From an uncultured Actinomycetes bacterium (lineage in GTDB: Bacteria; Actinomycetota; Thermoleophilia; RBG-16-64-13): a DNA stretch of 64,000 nucleotides. The DNA lies in NCBI GenBank assembly GCA_963706025.1, contig CAVPLM010000004.1, positions 1-64,000 of the forward strand, read 5' to 3'. A program made the translations under genes and the position numbers. This document shows, piece by piece, positions 19,720-28,352 of this stretch (its first letter is position 1; each line of letters begins with the position of its first letter). The notes beneath the pieces were generated by a model. It was not told where the DNA came from, did not search any database, and worked only from the letters and a program-made list of their open reading frames with translations.

Positions 19720-22206
19720 CTAAGGCTGTTTGTTATACAGCGGCGCCGGATGATGCCAGCCCGGCGGACCGTTGTCAAACACACCCGCGAGGTCACCGCT
19801 CGGTACCGGCGAGAACGCGGGGTGCCTGCGGACCCCCGGCGTCTCGGTCAGACCGCTGCCCAGTCGCATGTCTTCGAGGTACTCCGCCAACTCCTCGGCG
19901 GGCATCGGCCCGCCGACGTAGTAGCCTTGCGCCTTGTCACAGCCCAGGGTCTCCAGAAGCCGCAACTGCTCGCTGTATTCCACTCCTTCGCCGGTGACCT
20001 TCAGGCCCAACGTGTGGGCCAGGGCGATTATCGAGCGCACGATCTCGAAGTCGGTCTTGCGGTTGGCGATGTTGGAGATGAACGAGTGGTCTACCTTGAG
20101 CTCCTGGACAGGGAACGCGGTCAGGTGTTGCAGTGAAGACGAGCCGGTGCCGAAATCGTCGAGACACATCTTGATGCCCATTCCCCCCAGCTCCCGCATC
20201 ACTTGCCTAGACTTCTGTGGGTCCCGGATGAAAGCGGTCTCGGTGAGCTCGATGATGAGGCTGTCGGGCGCCACCCGCCATTGATCGAGGCATTCATGGA
20301 GGCTGCCTATGAAGTCGCTCTCGGTGAGCTGGCGTGCGGAAAGGTTGAAGCTCACCGGCATCCCTGCGAGGGGATCGCCGGGGACGCGCCAGCGGCTCAG
20401 TTGGCTGCATAACTCGTCGAGCACCAGGGCGCCCAGAGGGATGATCAGACCGCTGTTCTCGGCGACGGTCATGAACTCATCGGGGAAGACCAGGCCTCGT
20501 TCTGGGTGGCGCCAGCGTACCAGGGCCTCCAGCGACGAGACCGCCCCGGTCTTGAGGTCGACGATGGGCTGATACATCAACGAGAAGTCCCTGCACTCGA
20601 TGGCTGCGCGAAGGTCGTTCTCATCTTTCATGGTGCGGAGCACCGATTTGTGCATCTGTTCGTCGAAGATGCGATAGCGGTCTCTGCCCGCTTCCTTGGC
20701 CTGGTACATGGCAGTATCGGCGGCGCGCAATAGATCGTCGGGATCCTGGTAGGAGTCGTCCCAGATAACTACGCCGATGCTCGCCGTGGTGCACATCTCC
20801 TGTTTGCGGAAGTGCACCGGTACGCGGAGTTCCTCCTTTATCCGTTCCAGGATCGGAAGTACGTCACGGTAGCTGGTGATCTCGTGCAGCAGGATCATGA
20901 ACTCGTCGCCCCCCATCCGGGCCACGGAATCCGCCTCCCGCACGCAGGTCTTGAGCTTCGCGGCGACGCCTTCGAGCAACACGTCTCCGGCCAAGTGTCC
21001 GATGCTGTCGTTGATGAACTTGAAGCGGTCGAGATCGAGCACGATCACGGCGAAGAGCGCGTCTGCCTGCCTCCGCGCCCGCTGTATGGCGTTCTCGAGC
21101 CTGGCCATGAAGAGGAGGCGGTTGGGAAGCCCGGTGAGGTTGTCGGTGAGGGCCTGGTCGCGCAGGCTCTTCTCCAGCAGGGCGCGTTCGGTCACATCAT
21201 GCACCACTAGGAGTCTTCCCAGTGCGCGGTCCCGTTTGTTGAGGTGAGTGATGGTGACCTCGTATTCGCGCTGGTCGCCATTTGGTCCCCAGGTGATCTG
21301 AGCCTGCTCCGTCCCGGCGGCATAGGGTGCGGCCAGTTGAGGCCAGGCGTCCCAGGTCTCCGCGAGCGGGTGTGCCACTATGTGCGCGGCCGGCTTGTCG
21401 ATGAGGCGGCGGGCGGCCTCGTTGAGGTCCACCACTCTATCGGTCTCGTCGAGGACCAGAAGGCCGTCCTTCATGTTGTCTACCAGCGCTCGCCGGGCCA
21501 CGGGGACCAAGGTGAAGAGATGGAAGCGGAACAACCCCCAGGCTACGATAATCCCCGCCACCCCGAAGACGGCGGGGGTGAAGTCGTGTCGGGGCAGCGC
21601 GTCGGGCGCCAGCACGTAGACCATGTTCCAGCCGAGAGTGACCAGGAGGCCGAGAAGAAGCACCAAAGGCCGGCCGCGTTGGGATCGTGGTGCGGATAGG
21701 AGCGCCTTCAGCAGGAGGAACGCTGCCAGGAGCGCCGCGAGATAGCTGTAGGCCGAATGCACCCAGAACCAGGTGCCGAAGGTGCGGCCTACCACTGCAT
21801 AGGAGCCGCTGGTATCCAGCCACGCCTCAGCCCGCATCAGGTGGTGGAAGCCGTTCGTCCACACGAGATACAGCGAGACGAGCGGAATGACGCTCAGCAG
21901 AAGAAGGTTGCGACGCGTGAGCCAGGACCGCCGTCCTGTGTAGTCGAGCGCCATCACCAGCAAGGCTACCGGGATGGACACGATGGCGACGTACTCGAGA
22001 TCGGCCCAGAAGAGTTTCGCCTGCAGGCCTACCGCGGCCAACTCCAGGGCGCCGGTCAGCGACCAGAAGGCCGCCAATCCGGCGATGACGGCGAACGGCA
22101 GCGCTCCCGCCAGGGAGCGATTGCGCCAGGCGTGCCACGCCAGCCCCAACGCGAGCGGGACGACGGCGGCAAGCAGCAGCAGGCTAGGTGTGAATTCGAA
22201 TCGCAC
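19720..22206 (-). CDS. Membrane-sensor diguanylate cyclase/phosphodiesterase (7TM sensor-PAS-GGDEF-EAL)
   Basis: Seven hydrophobic segments with WTNGFHHL; LTGLPNR, DLDRFKFINDSIGH, RxxD (READ), GGDEF; EALVRW, ELTET, DDFGTG, QGY. Confidence 0.92.
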   Translation of the reverse strand: MRFEFTPSLLLLAAVVPLALGLAWHAWRNRSLAGALPFAVIAGLAAFWSLTGALELAAVGLQAKLFWADLEYVAIVSIPVALLVMALDYTGRRSWLTRRNLLLLSVIPLVSLYLVWTNGFHHLMRAEAWLDTSGSYAVVGRTFGTWFWVHSAYSYLAALLAAFLLLKALLSAPRSQRGRPLVLLLGLLVTLGWNMVYVLAPDALPRHDFTPAVFGVAGIIVAWGLFRFHLFTLVPVARRALVDNMKDGLLVLDETDRVVDLNEAARRLIDKPAAHIVAHPLAETWDAWPQLAAPYAAGTEQAQITWGPNGDQREYEVTITHLNKRDRALGRLLVVHDVTERALLEKSLRDQALTDNLTGLPNRLLFMARLENAIQRARRQADALFAVIVLDLDRFKFINDSIGHLAGDVLLEGVAAKLKTCVREADSVARMGGDEFMILLHEITSYRDVLPILERIKEELRVPVHFRKQEMCTTASIGVVIWDDSYQDPDDLLRAADTAMYQAKEAGRDRYRIFDEQMHKSVLRTMKDENDLRAAIECRDFSLMYQPIVDLKTGAVSSLEALVRWRHPERGLVFPDEFMTVAENSGLIIPLGALVLDELCSQLSRWRVPGDPLAGMPVSFNLSARQLTESDFIGSLHECLDQWRVAPDSLIIELTETAFIRDPQKSRQVMRELGGMGIKMCLDDFGTGSSSLQHLTAFPVQELKVDHSFISNIANRKTDFEIVRSIIALAHTLGLKVTGEGVEYSEQLRLLETLGCDKAQGYYVGGPMPAEELAEYLEDMRLGSGLTETPGVRRHPAFSPVPSGDLAGVFDNGPPGWHHPAPLYNKQP

Positions 22207-22224
22207 GCTGATTCCTCACCCGTT

Positions 22225-22251
22225 TTGTCGGCATAACGGGGTCGGAACTGA
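22225..22251 (-). promoter_or_regulatory. Candidate sigma28/WhiG-type promoter of the GGDEF-EAL gene
   Basis: Minus strand TCAG-N15-GCCGACAA, ending 18 nt before the GTG start with a GAGGA RBS in between. Confidence 0.5.
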
Positions 22252-22265
22252 AGCGAGCGACGGGG

Positions 22266-23082
22266 CTACGAAAGGATGTCTTTGCGCCGGAAAACGTACC
22301 AGGCGATGCCCGTCATTCCCACGATCCAGACCACGAAGTTGATGAGCGCGTCGCGTATCGGATCCCAATCGACGGGATCTCGGAAGAAGTTCACCCACGC
22401 CGCGAAATGACTGGTGAAGAGGTATGGCTGCAGGAAATCGAACACGCTCAGGCTTCCAAGGACCAGCATGATGATGACCAGCACCAGTGCGGCGCCCACG
22501 GCCGTGAGGCTGGAGTTGGTAAGGGTCGAGAAGGCGACGGCCAGCGAGACCACCGTGGCCATGCCCACCAAGACGAACGCGTAGGCCAGGAAGATGAGCC
22601 AGATGCTCTCCCCCACGCTCACGGTCTGCCCGGTGAGAAGGGTCAGAGGCTTCAGGCCGTAGATGGCTCCCCCGGCGATGAGCGAGCCTATCGCCAGGAT
22701 CACGAGGCCTATTGCGATGTAGAGATTGGCGACGAACCACTTGGCGAGAAGCAGGACCCCACGGTGCACGGGCTGCATCAGCACCGTCCGCAGCGTGCCG
22801 GTTCTCCGCCTCACCGGCGATGGTCTGGCTCCCCGCCATGGAGGCCAACAGGGGCAGGAGGAAGGTCACCAGGGCGAAGAGCGACGCCACGGCCACCAGC
22901 AGCCCGTTATTGGCGATCAGGTCGAAGAACTCCGGTCCCCCCTGCTCCGCGGGCGGCGGGCCCTCGCCGGAGAGGCGCAAGGCCACCGTGATCAGGAACG
23001 GTATCAAGAAGAGACCGGCCCACCCGAAGTAGGTACGCCGCAGAAAGAGGATCTTGGAGAACTCACGGCGGATGTGACTCAT
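22266..23082 (-). CDS. ABC-2 type exporter permease (frameshift near 22805)
   Basis: IRREFSK, IAGEAE..GTLRTVLMQPVHRGVLLLAKW, FRRKDILS C-terminus. Confidence 0.85.
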
Positions 23083-24137
23083 CGGCGCTCCTCTTCCTCT
23101 TCGCGCGCGGTGAGCTCGAGGAACATGTCCTCGAGTCCCTGCTCGATCGCGGGGACCACGGCCAGTATGTCGACCTGGTCGGCCACCAGTCTACGCACCA
23201 TCTCGGGCACCAGTTCCTCGCCGGCCTCCACTACCAGGTACTCCTCGTCCTCCTTGACGCCGGTGGGCCCCAGGAGCCCCCGCAGGACCTCGAGGGCCTT
23301 GCCCTGATCGCGGGTGAGCACCTTGACGGCGTTGCTCGTGGGATGCAGTTGCGAGACCGGCCCCTGGGCGACCAGCCTTCCCTTGCGTACGATGGCGGCC
23401 CGGTTGCACACCAGCTCCACCTCGTGGAGCAAGTGCGACGAGAGGAACACCGTGGTCCCCTGCCGACCCAGCTCCCTGATCAGCTCGCGCACGTCCTTCA
23501 TGCCTTGAGGGTCCAAACCGCTGGTGGGCTCGTCGAGGATGATCAGTTCGGGGCCGTGGATCAGAGCCAAGGCGATCCCCAGGCGTTGACGCATGCCGTG
23601 GGAGTAGCCGCCGACCTTGGACCCACCCCGCTCGGAAAGGCCGACCATCTCGAGCACCTCAGTGATCCGTTCCTCGGTCACGAAACCGTTCATACGGCCC
23701 AGCATGCGTAAGTTCCGCCGGGCCGTCATGTTGCCGTAGAACACTGGGTCGTCTACGAAGCCCCCCATGTGACGGAGAGCCTGCTGACGCTGTTCGGGGA
23801 CCCGGTGGTCGACCACCTGGGCGTGGCCGCTCGTGGGGTAGATGAGGCCGAATATCAGGCGGATGGTAGTGGTCTTACCGGCCCCGTTAGGCCCAAGGAA
23901 GCCGAACACGTCTCCTCGGCACACGGAGAGGTCGAGATTGTCAACGGCCCTCAGCCGCTTGAAGTCCTTGGTAAGGCCGTGCGTGGAAAGCACGACCGTC
24001 TCGTCGCTGCACCTGTCGTGCAACGGCCCCGCCGGGCCCGCGGTCGGGCCCACGGCCGGGCTCGAGCCCGGCGGGGCGGCCGAGCTCGCGGGTTCCTGCA
24101 CCGTCGTGGCTTCGGTGTCAGCGGACACTAGCGGCAA
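23079..24137 (-). CDS. ABC exporter ATP-binding protein (BcrA-like)
   Basis: GPNGAGKTT, YSHGMRQRLG, ILDEPTSGLDP, SSHLLHEVE. Confidence 0.9.
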   Translation of the reverse strand: MPLVSADTEATTVQEPASSAAPPGSSPAVGPTAGPAGPLHDRCSDETVVLSTHGLTKDFKRLRAVDNLDLSVCRGDVFGFLGPNGAGKTTTIRLIFGLIYPTSGHAQVVDHRVPEQRQQALRHMGGFVDDPVFYGNMTARRNLRMLGRMNGFVTEERITEVLEMVGLSERGGSKVGGYSHGMRQRLGIALALIHGPELIILDEPTSGLDPQGMKDVRELIRELGRQGTTVFLSSHLLHEVELVCNRAAIVRKGRLVAQGPVSQLHPTSNAVKVLTRDQGKALEVLRGLLGPTGVKEDEEYLVVEAGEELVPEMVRRLVADQVDILAVVPAIEQGLEDMFLELTAREEEEERR

Positions 24138-25488
24138 AGGCGGTCAGGTCGGCGGACGAGACACTGCCGACAACGATAGCGGTGATGGCGTCCTTCGGCC
24201 CGGCGCTTCCAGCGGAGCTCTGTTCGATATCTTGCTGCCAGCCCATCAACGACAGAAGCGGGGTGGCGAATCGGAAGGCCACGGCATCGTTAACAGTGGT
24301 CTTCTGAATGAAGGGCAGCTCGCCCAACATCGACTGGAGGGCCTCCGGCGGGACCGAGGCGGTCTTCGCCTGCACCATCACCACGGTCCCAAAACCTTGT
24401 CCGTAGACCTGGACCACAACCGGGCCTTCGAGCACGCTGCCCAGCGCACCGGCGGCGTCACCAGCGGCTCCACCAGCGGCGCCACCAGCGGCGTCGAGCG
24501 CCTCCTGGGGCAGATCGAACACGTACGCGCCCTGGAATGCGTAGTCGGGCTCGGTCGTCTGGGCGGCGAGCACGTCGAAGCCGGCCTTGGCGGAGGCTTC
24601 CTCGATCGTCAGAGCCTCGAGGCCCGCGTGGGCAGTCTCCGCGCCTCCCATGACGCCCGCACCGGCGTCCGCCCAATCGGAGGGCCATTGCAGCTGCTTC
24701 TGCTCGGTCTTGGCTCCAGCGGGAGCCGGCACCACGAAGACGCTATCGTCGATCGGGTCGTAGGAGATGCTGGAAAACCCTGCCAGGAAGGCCGGCTCGG
24801 AACTGCCCTTGGCGAAGACCGCCAGCTCCAGGGGCAGATAGGTCTGTCCGTCCACGGCTACTCGTAGTGAGCCGAACAGGGTGTTCTGAGCGGTGGGAGT
24901 GAGGGTGAGGACGTAGCAGTCACGACCCGCCACCTGCTCCTGGCCGGTCACGGCGAGCGTGGCGACCGGAGCCAGCTTCTCGATCATCTGGGGAATGACC
25001 GTCTGGGGATCGAAGGGCGTACGGTCGCCCCAGGTACCTTCGTCGGTTGCTTCTTTCATGGGCGGTGCCGGCAGCGAGTATACGGTGAGCGTGTTCGCGG
25101 TCGAATCGTACAGGGTCGCCTTCTCGCCATCGAAGTAGAGGACGGTGTCATTGAACGCTCCCTGGGCCTCTATGCGGGCCTTCCCGTCCTGGATCCAGAA
25201 CCGGCCACCGCCGCTCTGCAAGAGAGCAGCCGGGCCGCTGCCACCACCTAGGTTGAGTTCGGCCGGGAAAGCCCCCAGGAGTTGGTTGGTCACCGAGATG
25301 TCCCCGCTCACGGCCGTGGGGGTCGAACCGCGGTCCACCATCCTTGTAAGCAACTCGGCCGGGGTGATAGGGGCGAGAGCGGAATCGCCCTGGGCATAGG
25401 CCTTGACCAGGCCGAACGATAGTGCGGAAGCCACGATCACCGCCGCCAGGGCGATCACGAGTACTCTCTGATATCTGCGCATGTTCAT
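24118..25488 (-). CDS. Secreted LolA/RseB-fold (DUF2092-like) protein
   Basis: Signal peptide; LAPITPAELL, DGEKATLYDSTANT, VAGRDCYVLTLTP, VAVDGQTYLPL, YGQGFGTV. Confidence 0.7.
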   Translation of the reverse strand: MNMRRYQRVLVIALAAVIVASALSFGLVKAYAQGDSALAPITPAELLTRMVDRGSTPTAVSGDISVTNQLLGAFPAELNLGGGSGPAALLQSGGGRFWIQDGKARIEAQGAFNDTVLYFDGEKATLYDSTANTLTVYSLPAPPMKEATDEGTWGDRTPFDPQTVIPQMIEKLAPVATLAVTGQEQVAGRDCYVLTLTPTAQNTLFGSLRVAVDGQTYLPLELAVFAKGSSEPAFLAGFSSISYDPIDDSVFVVPAPAGAKTEQKQLQWPSDWADAGAGVMGGAETAHAGLEALTIEEASAKAGFDVLAAQTTEPDYAFQGAYVFDLPQEALDAAGGAAGGAAGDAAGALGSVLEGPVVVQVYGQGFGTVVMVQAKTASVPPEALQSMLGELPFIQKTTVNDAVAFRFATPLLSLMGWQQDIEQSSAGSAGPKDAITAIVVGSVSSADLTAFAASVR

Positions 25489-25678
25489 TCCTTCCGAGAC
25501 CATTTCCGAGGCTGTGTTCCAGGACACGCGATTGACAGTCTGTCGAAGTCAAGTGCGTCGACCCAACCTGAGGCGCGTCGACTACCTGTGACGTCCTCCG
25601 CCTCTTCGAGGTTGCCTCCTGGGCACTTTACCACGACTACAGGAGCCGCAAACCCTGCCCGCCGGACCTGCGCACACG

Positions 25679-25695
25679 TTCAGGATTCATTCAGG
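25679..25695. promoter_or_regulatory. Candidate OmpR-family direct-repeat operator
   Basis: TTCAGG-attca-TTCAGG (11-bp period) between the divergent LolA-like/ABC operon and the two-component system. Confidence 0.5.
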
Positions 25696-26001
25696 AAACT
25701 AATGCGAATATACTGCCATGGAGTCACACAGCATTGCTCAACCCCCCTCCTGAGCTGTGGCCCCAACCCTGTCCGGTGGATGTTGGACCCGACCGGGGCG
25801 AAACACCACCACGCCCACACGGCGGAGACGGCGTTTGTGGCGCCCGGAACATCCGGGCGCCACGCCCGCCGTGTGACTCTCGACAAATCCCCGCTTCGTT
25901 CCCCCTCTCGTACTGATTCTGCCGCTCCCTGATCGTGCTCGCGATAGCGCTGCGGGCTGACGCTTGTCCGGAGCCGCGTGGCGGGTGATACTACTGGCAC
26001 C

Positions 26002-26670
26002 ATGATGGAGTTGCGCATCTTCGTTCTCGAGGACGACCCTCAGATGCGCTCGTTGCTGGTCCGCGGTCTGCGCGAGGAGGGCTACGAGGTGCAGGGCTAC
26101 ACCACGGGCTCTGAGCTGTTGCGCAAGGTGGCCGACGTGGTCCCCGACCTCTTCGTGATCGACATCGGGTTGCCGGATACCGATGGGCGCGACGTGTGCC
26201 AGGCCATCAGAGCCCAGGGCGTGTCGGCCCCGGTCCTGTTCTTGACGGCCCGCGCCTCGTTGCCGGACCGTCTTTCGGGCTTTCGGGTGGGGGGAGACGA
26301 CTATCTCACCAAGCCGTTCGCCTTCGCGGAGCTGCTGGCCCGTTTGGAGGCCCTCACCCGCCGGAGCGGCGCGGAACGCGTCATCGAGACCGGCGGTCTG
26401 ATCCTCGATCCGGCCAAGCACGCGGTCACGTGCGGGGATGAGACCGTGCCTCTTACTCCCACCGAGTTCCGCTTGCTGGCCAAGTTGGCCGCCGCTCCAG
26501 GGGAAGCGATACGGAGAAAGGCTTTGATAGAGACCGCCTGGCCCCACGGGGCCATCGTCTACGACAACACGCTGGATGCATACATGGCGCGCCTGCGGCG
26601 CAAGGTGTGCTCGCTACCGGGGGCGCCGCAGATCGTGACCGTGCGCGGCGTGGGCTACTCCCTCCAATGA
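26002..26670 (+). CDS. OmpR-family response regulator
   Basis: VLEDD, IDIGLPD, GGDDYLTKPF, LTPTEFRLL, TVRGVGY. Confidence 0.92.
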   Translation: MMELRIFVLEDDPQMRSLLVRGLREEGYEVQGYTTGSELLRKVADVVPDLFVIDIGLPDTDGRDVCQAIRAQGVSAPVLFLTARASLPDRLSGFRVGGDDYLTKPFAFAELLARLEALTRRSGAERVIETGGLILDPAKHAVTCGDETVPLTPTEFRLLAKLAAAPGEAIRRKALIETAWPHGAIVYDNTLDAYMARLRRKVCSLPGAPQIVTVRGVGYSLQ

Positions 26671-26760
26671 GGTCGGCGCGCGCCACCCCGCTGCCGCGGA
26701 CGGCCTCGCTACCGGGGGTCGCCGGGGCGCGGGAGGCCAGCTGGCCGCTGGGCTCCGGTA

Positions 26761-26804
26761 GGGCGTCGGGCACTGGGGCGTCGGGCACTGGGGCGCCGGG
26801 CACT
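26761..26804. repeat. 15-bp tandem repeat x3
   Basis: GGGCGTCGGGCACTG x2 then GGGCGCCGGGCACT. Confidence 0.8.
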
Positions 26805-26845
26805 AACGAGCCGCCGCGGGTCGACCGCTCTGGTTGGAGCCTATC

Positions 26846-28207
26846 ATGAGGCGCCTGTTCTCCCGCATGGGCGTCCGTGACCGCCTCCTGCTGGCGGTCC
26901 TCGGCACCGTCGCCGTAGCCCTTGTGACCATGACCGTGGCCTTCAACCTGGTGTTGGATGCCAGCCTGAGCTCCGATGCCGACGAGCGTCTCCAGGCGAT
27001 GGCCCTCGACGAGAGCCGCACCATCACCTTCTCGAACGGTCAGGTGAGCCTGGCCCGGCCCAGTGGCGACATCAAACAACTGGGCTCGCAGATCTGGGTC
27101 TTCGTGAGAGGCATCACTTTCTCCGCGCCCACCGTCGATCCCGCCATCGAGGCGGCGGCCAGGGCACTCGACGGTCAACCGGCCCAGTTCGCCGACGTAC
27201 CGGAGTACGAAGTGCGATTGTACGGCATCCCCCTCGAGTACGAAGGTGAGCGCATCGGCACCATCGTGGCAGGGTTGTCCACGGCTTCCTATACCCGCAC
27301 TCAAAGGACGACTCTGGTAGGCACGGTGGCGTTCACCGCGGTCCTGTTGGTCATCGTGGGATTCGCCGGCCGCTGGGTGCTCAACGCCGCCTTCCGTCCG
27401 GTGATGAAGATGACGGCCGAAGCCGAAGCCTGGAGCACGGAGGATCTCGACCGCCGTTTCGAAATGGGGGAGCCCCACGACGAGGTGACCCAGTTGGCGC
27501 ACACGCTGGACGGAATGCTCGACCGCTTGGCCGCCAGCCTTCGCCGGGAGCAGCGGTTCTCGGCCGAAGTGTCGCACCAGTTGCGGACTCCCGTGGCCAA
27601 GATCAAGACCGAGGCCGAACTGGCCCTGCGCCGGGAGCGCGATCCCGACTACTACCAGGAGGCGCTCGGCTCGGTCCTTCACAGCGCCGATCAGATGGCC
27701 CGTACGGTGGAGGCCTTGCTGGCCGCGGCTCAAGAAGAAGGCAGCCTGGCCCGGGGTCGTGCCGACGTCTGGCAGATCCTGGCGGACGTGGTGAGCTCCA
27801 TCGGGGTGTTGGCCGACGAGCACGAGGTGGAAGTGAGGGTCCAACCCCCGCCCCGCAATCTGCGCGTGGGAGTGGAGCGCGACATCGCCGTGCAGATCCT
27901 CAGGCCGGTCGTGGAGAACGCCTGCCGCTTCGCGCGGGCGGAGGTGCTTCTGGGAGCCGCCCGCAACGGCAAAGAGGTGTATTTTCTGGTGGAGGACGAC
28001 GGCCCGGGAGTCACCGAAGAGGAGAAGGAGCGCATCTTCGAGCCCGGGGTGCGGGGCAGCGCGTCCGAGAAGAAGACTGATGGATCCCGAGGCACCGGGT
28101 TGGGCCTGCCTCTGGCCAGGCGTCTGGCCCGGGCCGCGTCCGGCGACGTGGACGTCAGGCCGGGGGAGGCCGGGGCCCGTTTCGTCGTGCGGCTGCCGAG
28201 CGGGTAG
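26846..28207 (+). CDS. HAMP sensor histidine kinase (could start at 26667 via a frameshift)
   Basis: Two TM segments, HAMP, FSAEVSHQLRTP, VENACRF, DDGPG, GTGLGL. Confidence 0.9.
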   Translation: MRRLFSRMGVRDRLLLAVLGTVAVALVTMTVAFNLVLDASLSSDADERLQAMALDESRTITFSNGQVSLARPSGDIKQLGSQIWVFVRGITFSAPTVDPAIEAAARALDGQPAQFADVPEYEVRLYGIPLEYEGERIGTIVAGLSTASYTRTQRTTLVGTVAFTAVLLVIVGFAGRWVLNAAFRPVMKMTAEAEAWSTEDLDRRFEMGEPHDEVTQLAHTLDGMLDRLAASLRREQRFSAEVSHQLRTPVAKIKTEAELALRRERDPDYYQEALGSVLHSADQMARTVEALLAAAQEEGSLARGRADVWQILADVVSSIGVLADEHEVEVRVQPPPRNLRVGVERDIAVQILRPVVENACRFARAEVLLGAARNGKEVYFLVEDDGPGVTEEEKERIFEPGVRGSASEKKTDGSRGTGLGLPLARRLARAASGDVDVRPGEAGARFVVRLPSG

Positions 28208-28352
28208 GGGCCGCGCCGCGGGGTGCCGGGGCCGCGCGGCTACTCGCCACAGGCGGCGTAAACGGTCGCCGGCATCCTCGCGACGTGCACGCCGGCCGCG
28301 CGCAGACGTGCGCGGGGCGTGACACCGGCGCGGCTGCGGCCGCGCAGCAGCG

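Noticed and set aside
25640-25680. GCAAACC resembling a second GEMM riboswitch
   Set aside because: Lacks the P2 GNRA hairpin, GACGCAAAG and the 3' GGTTACC
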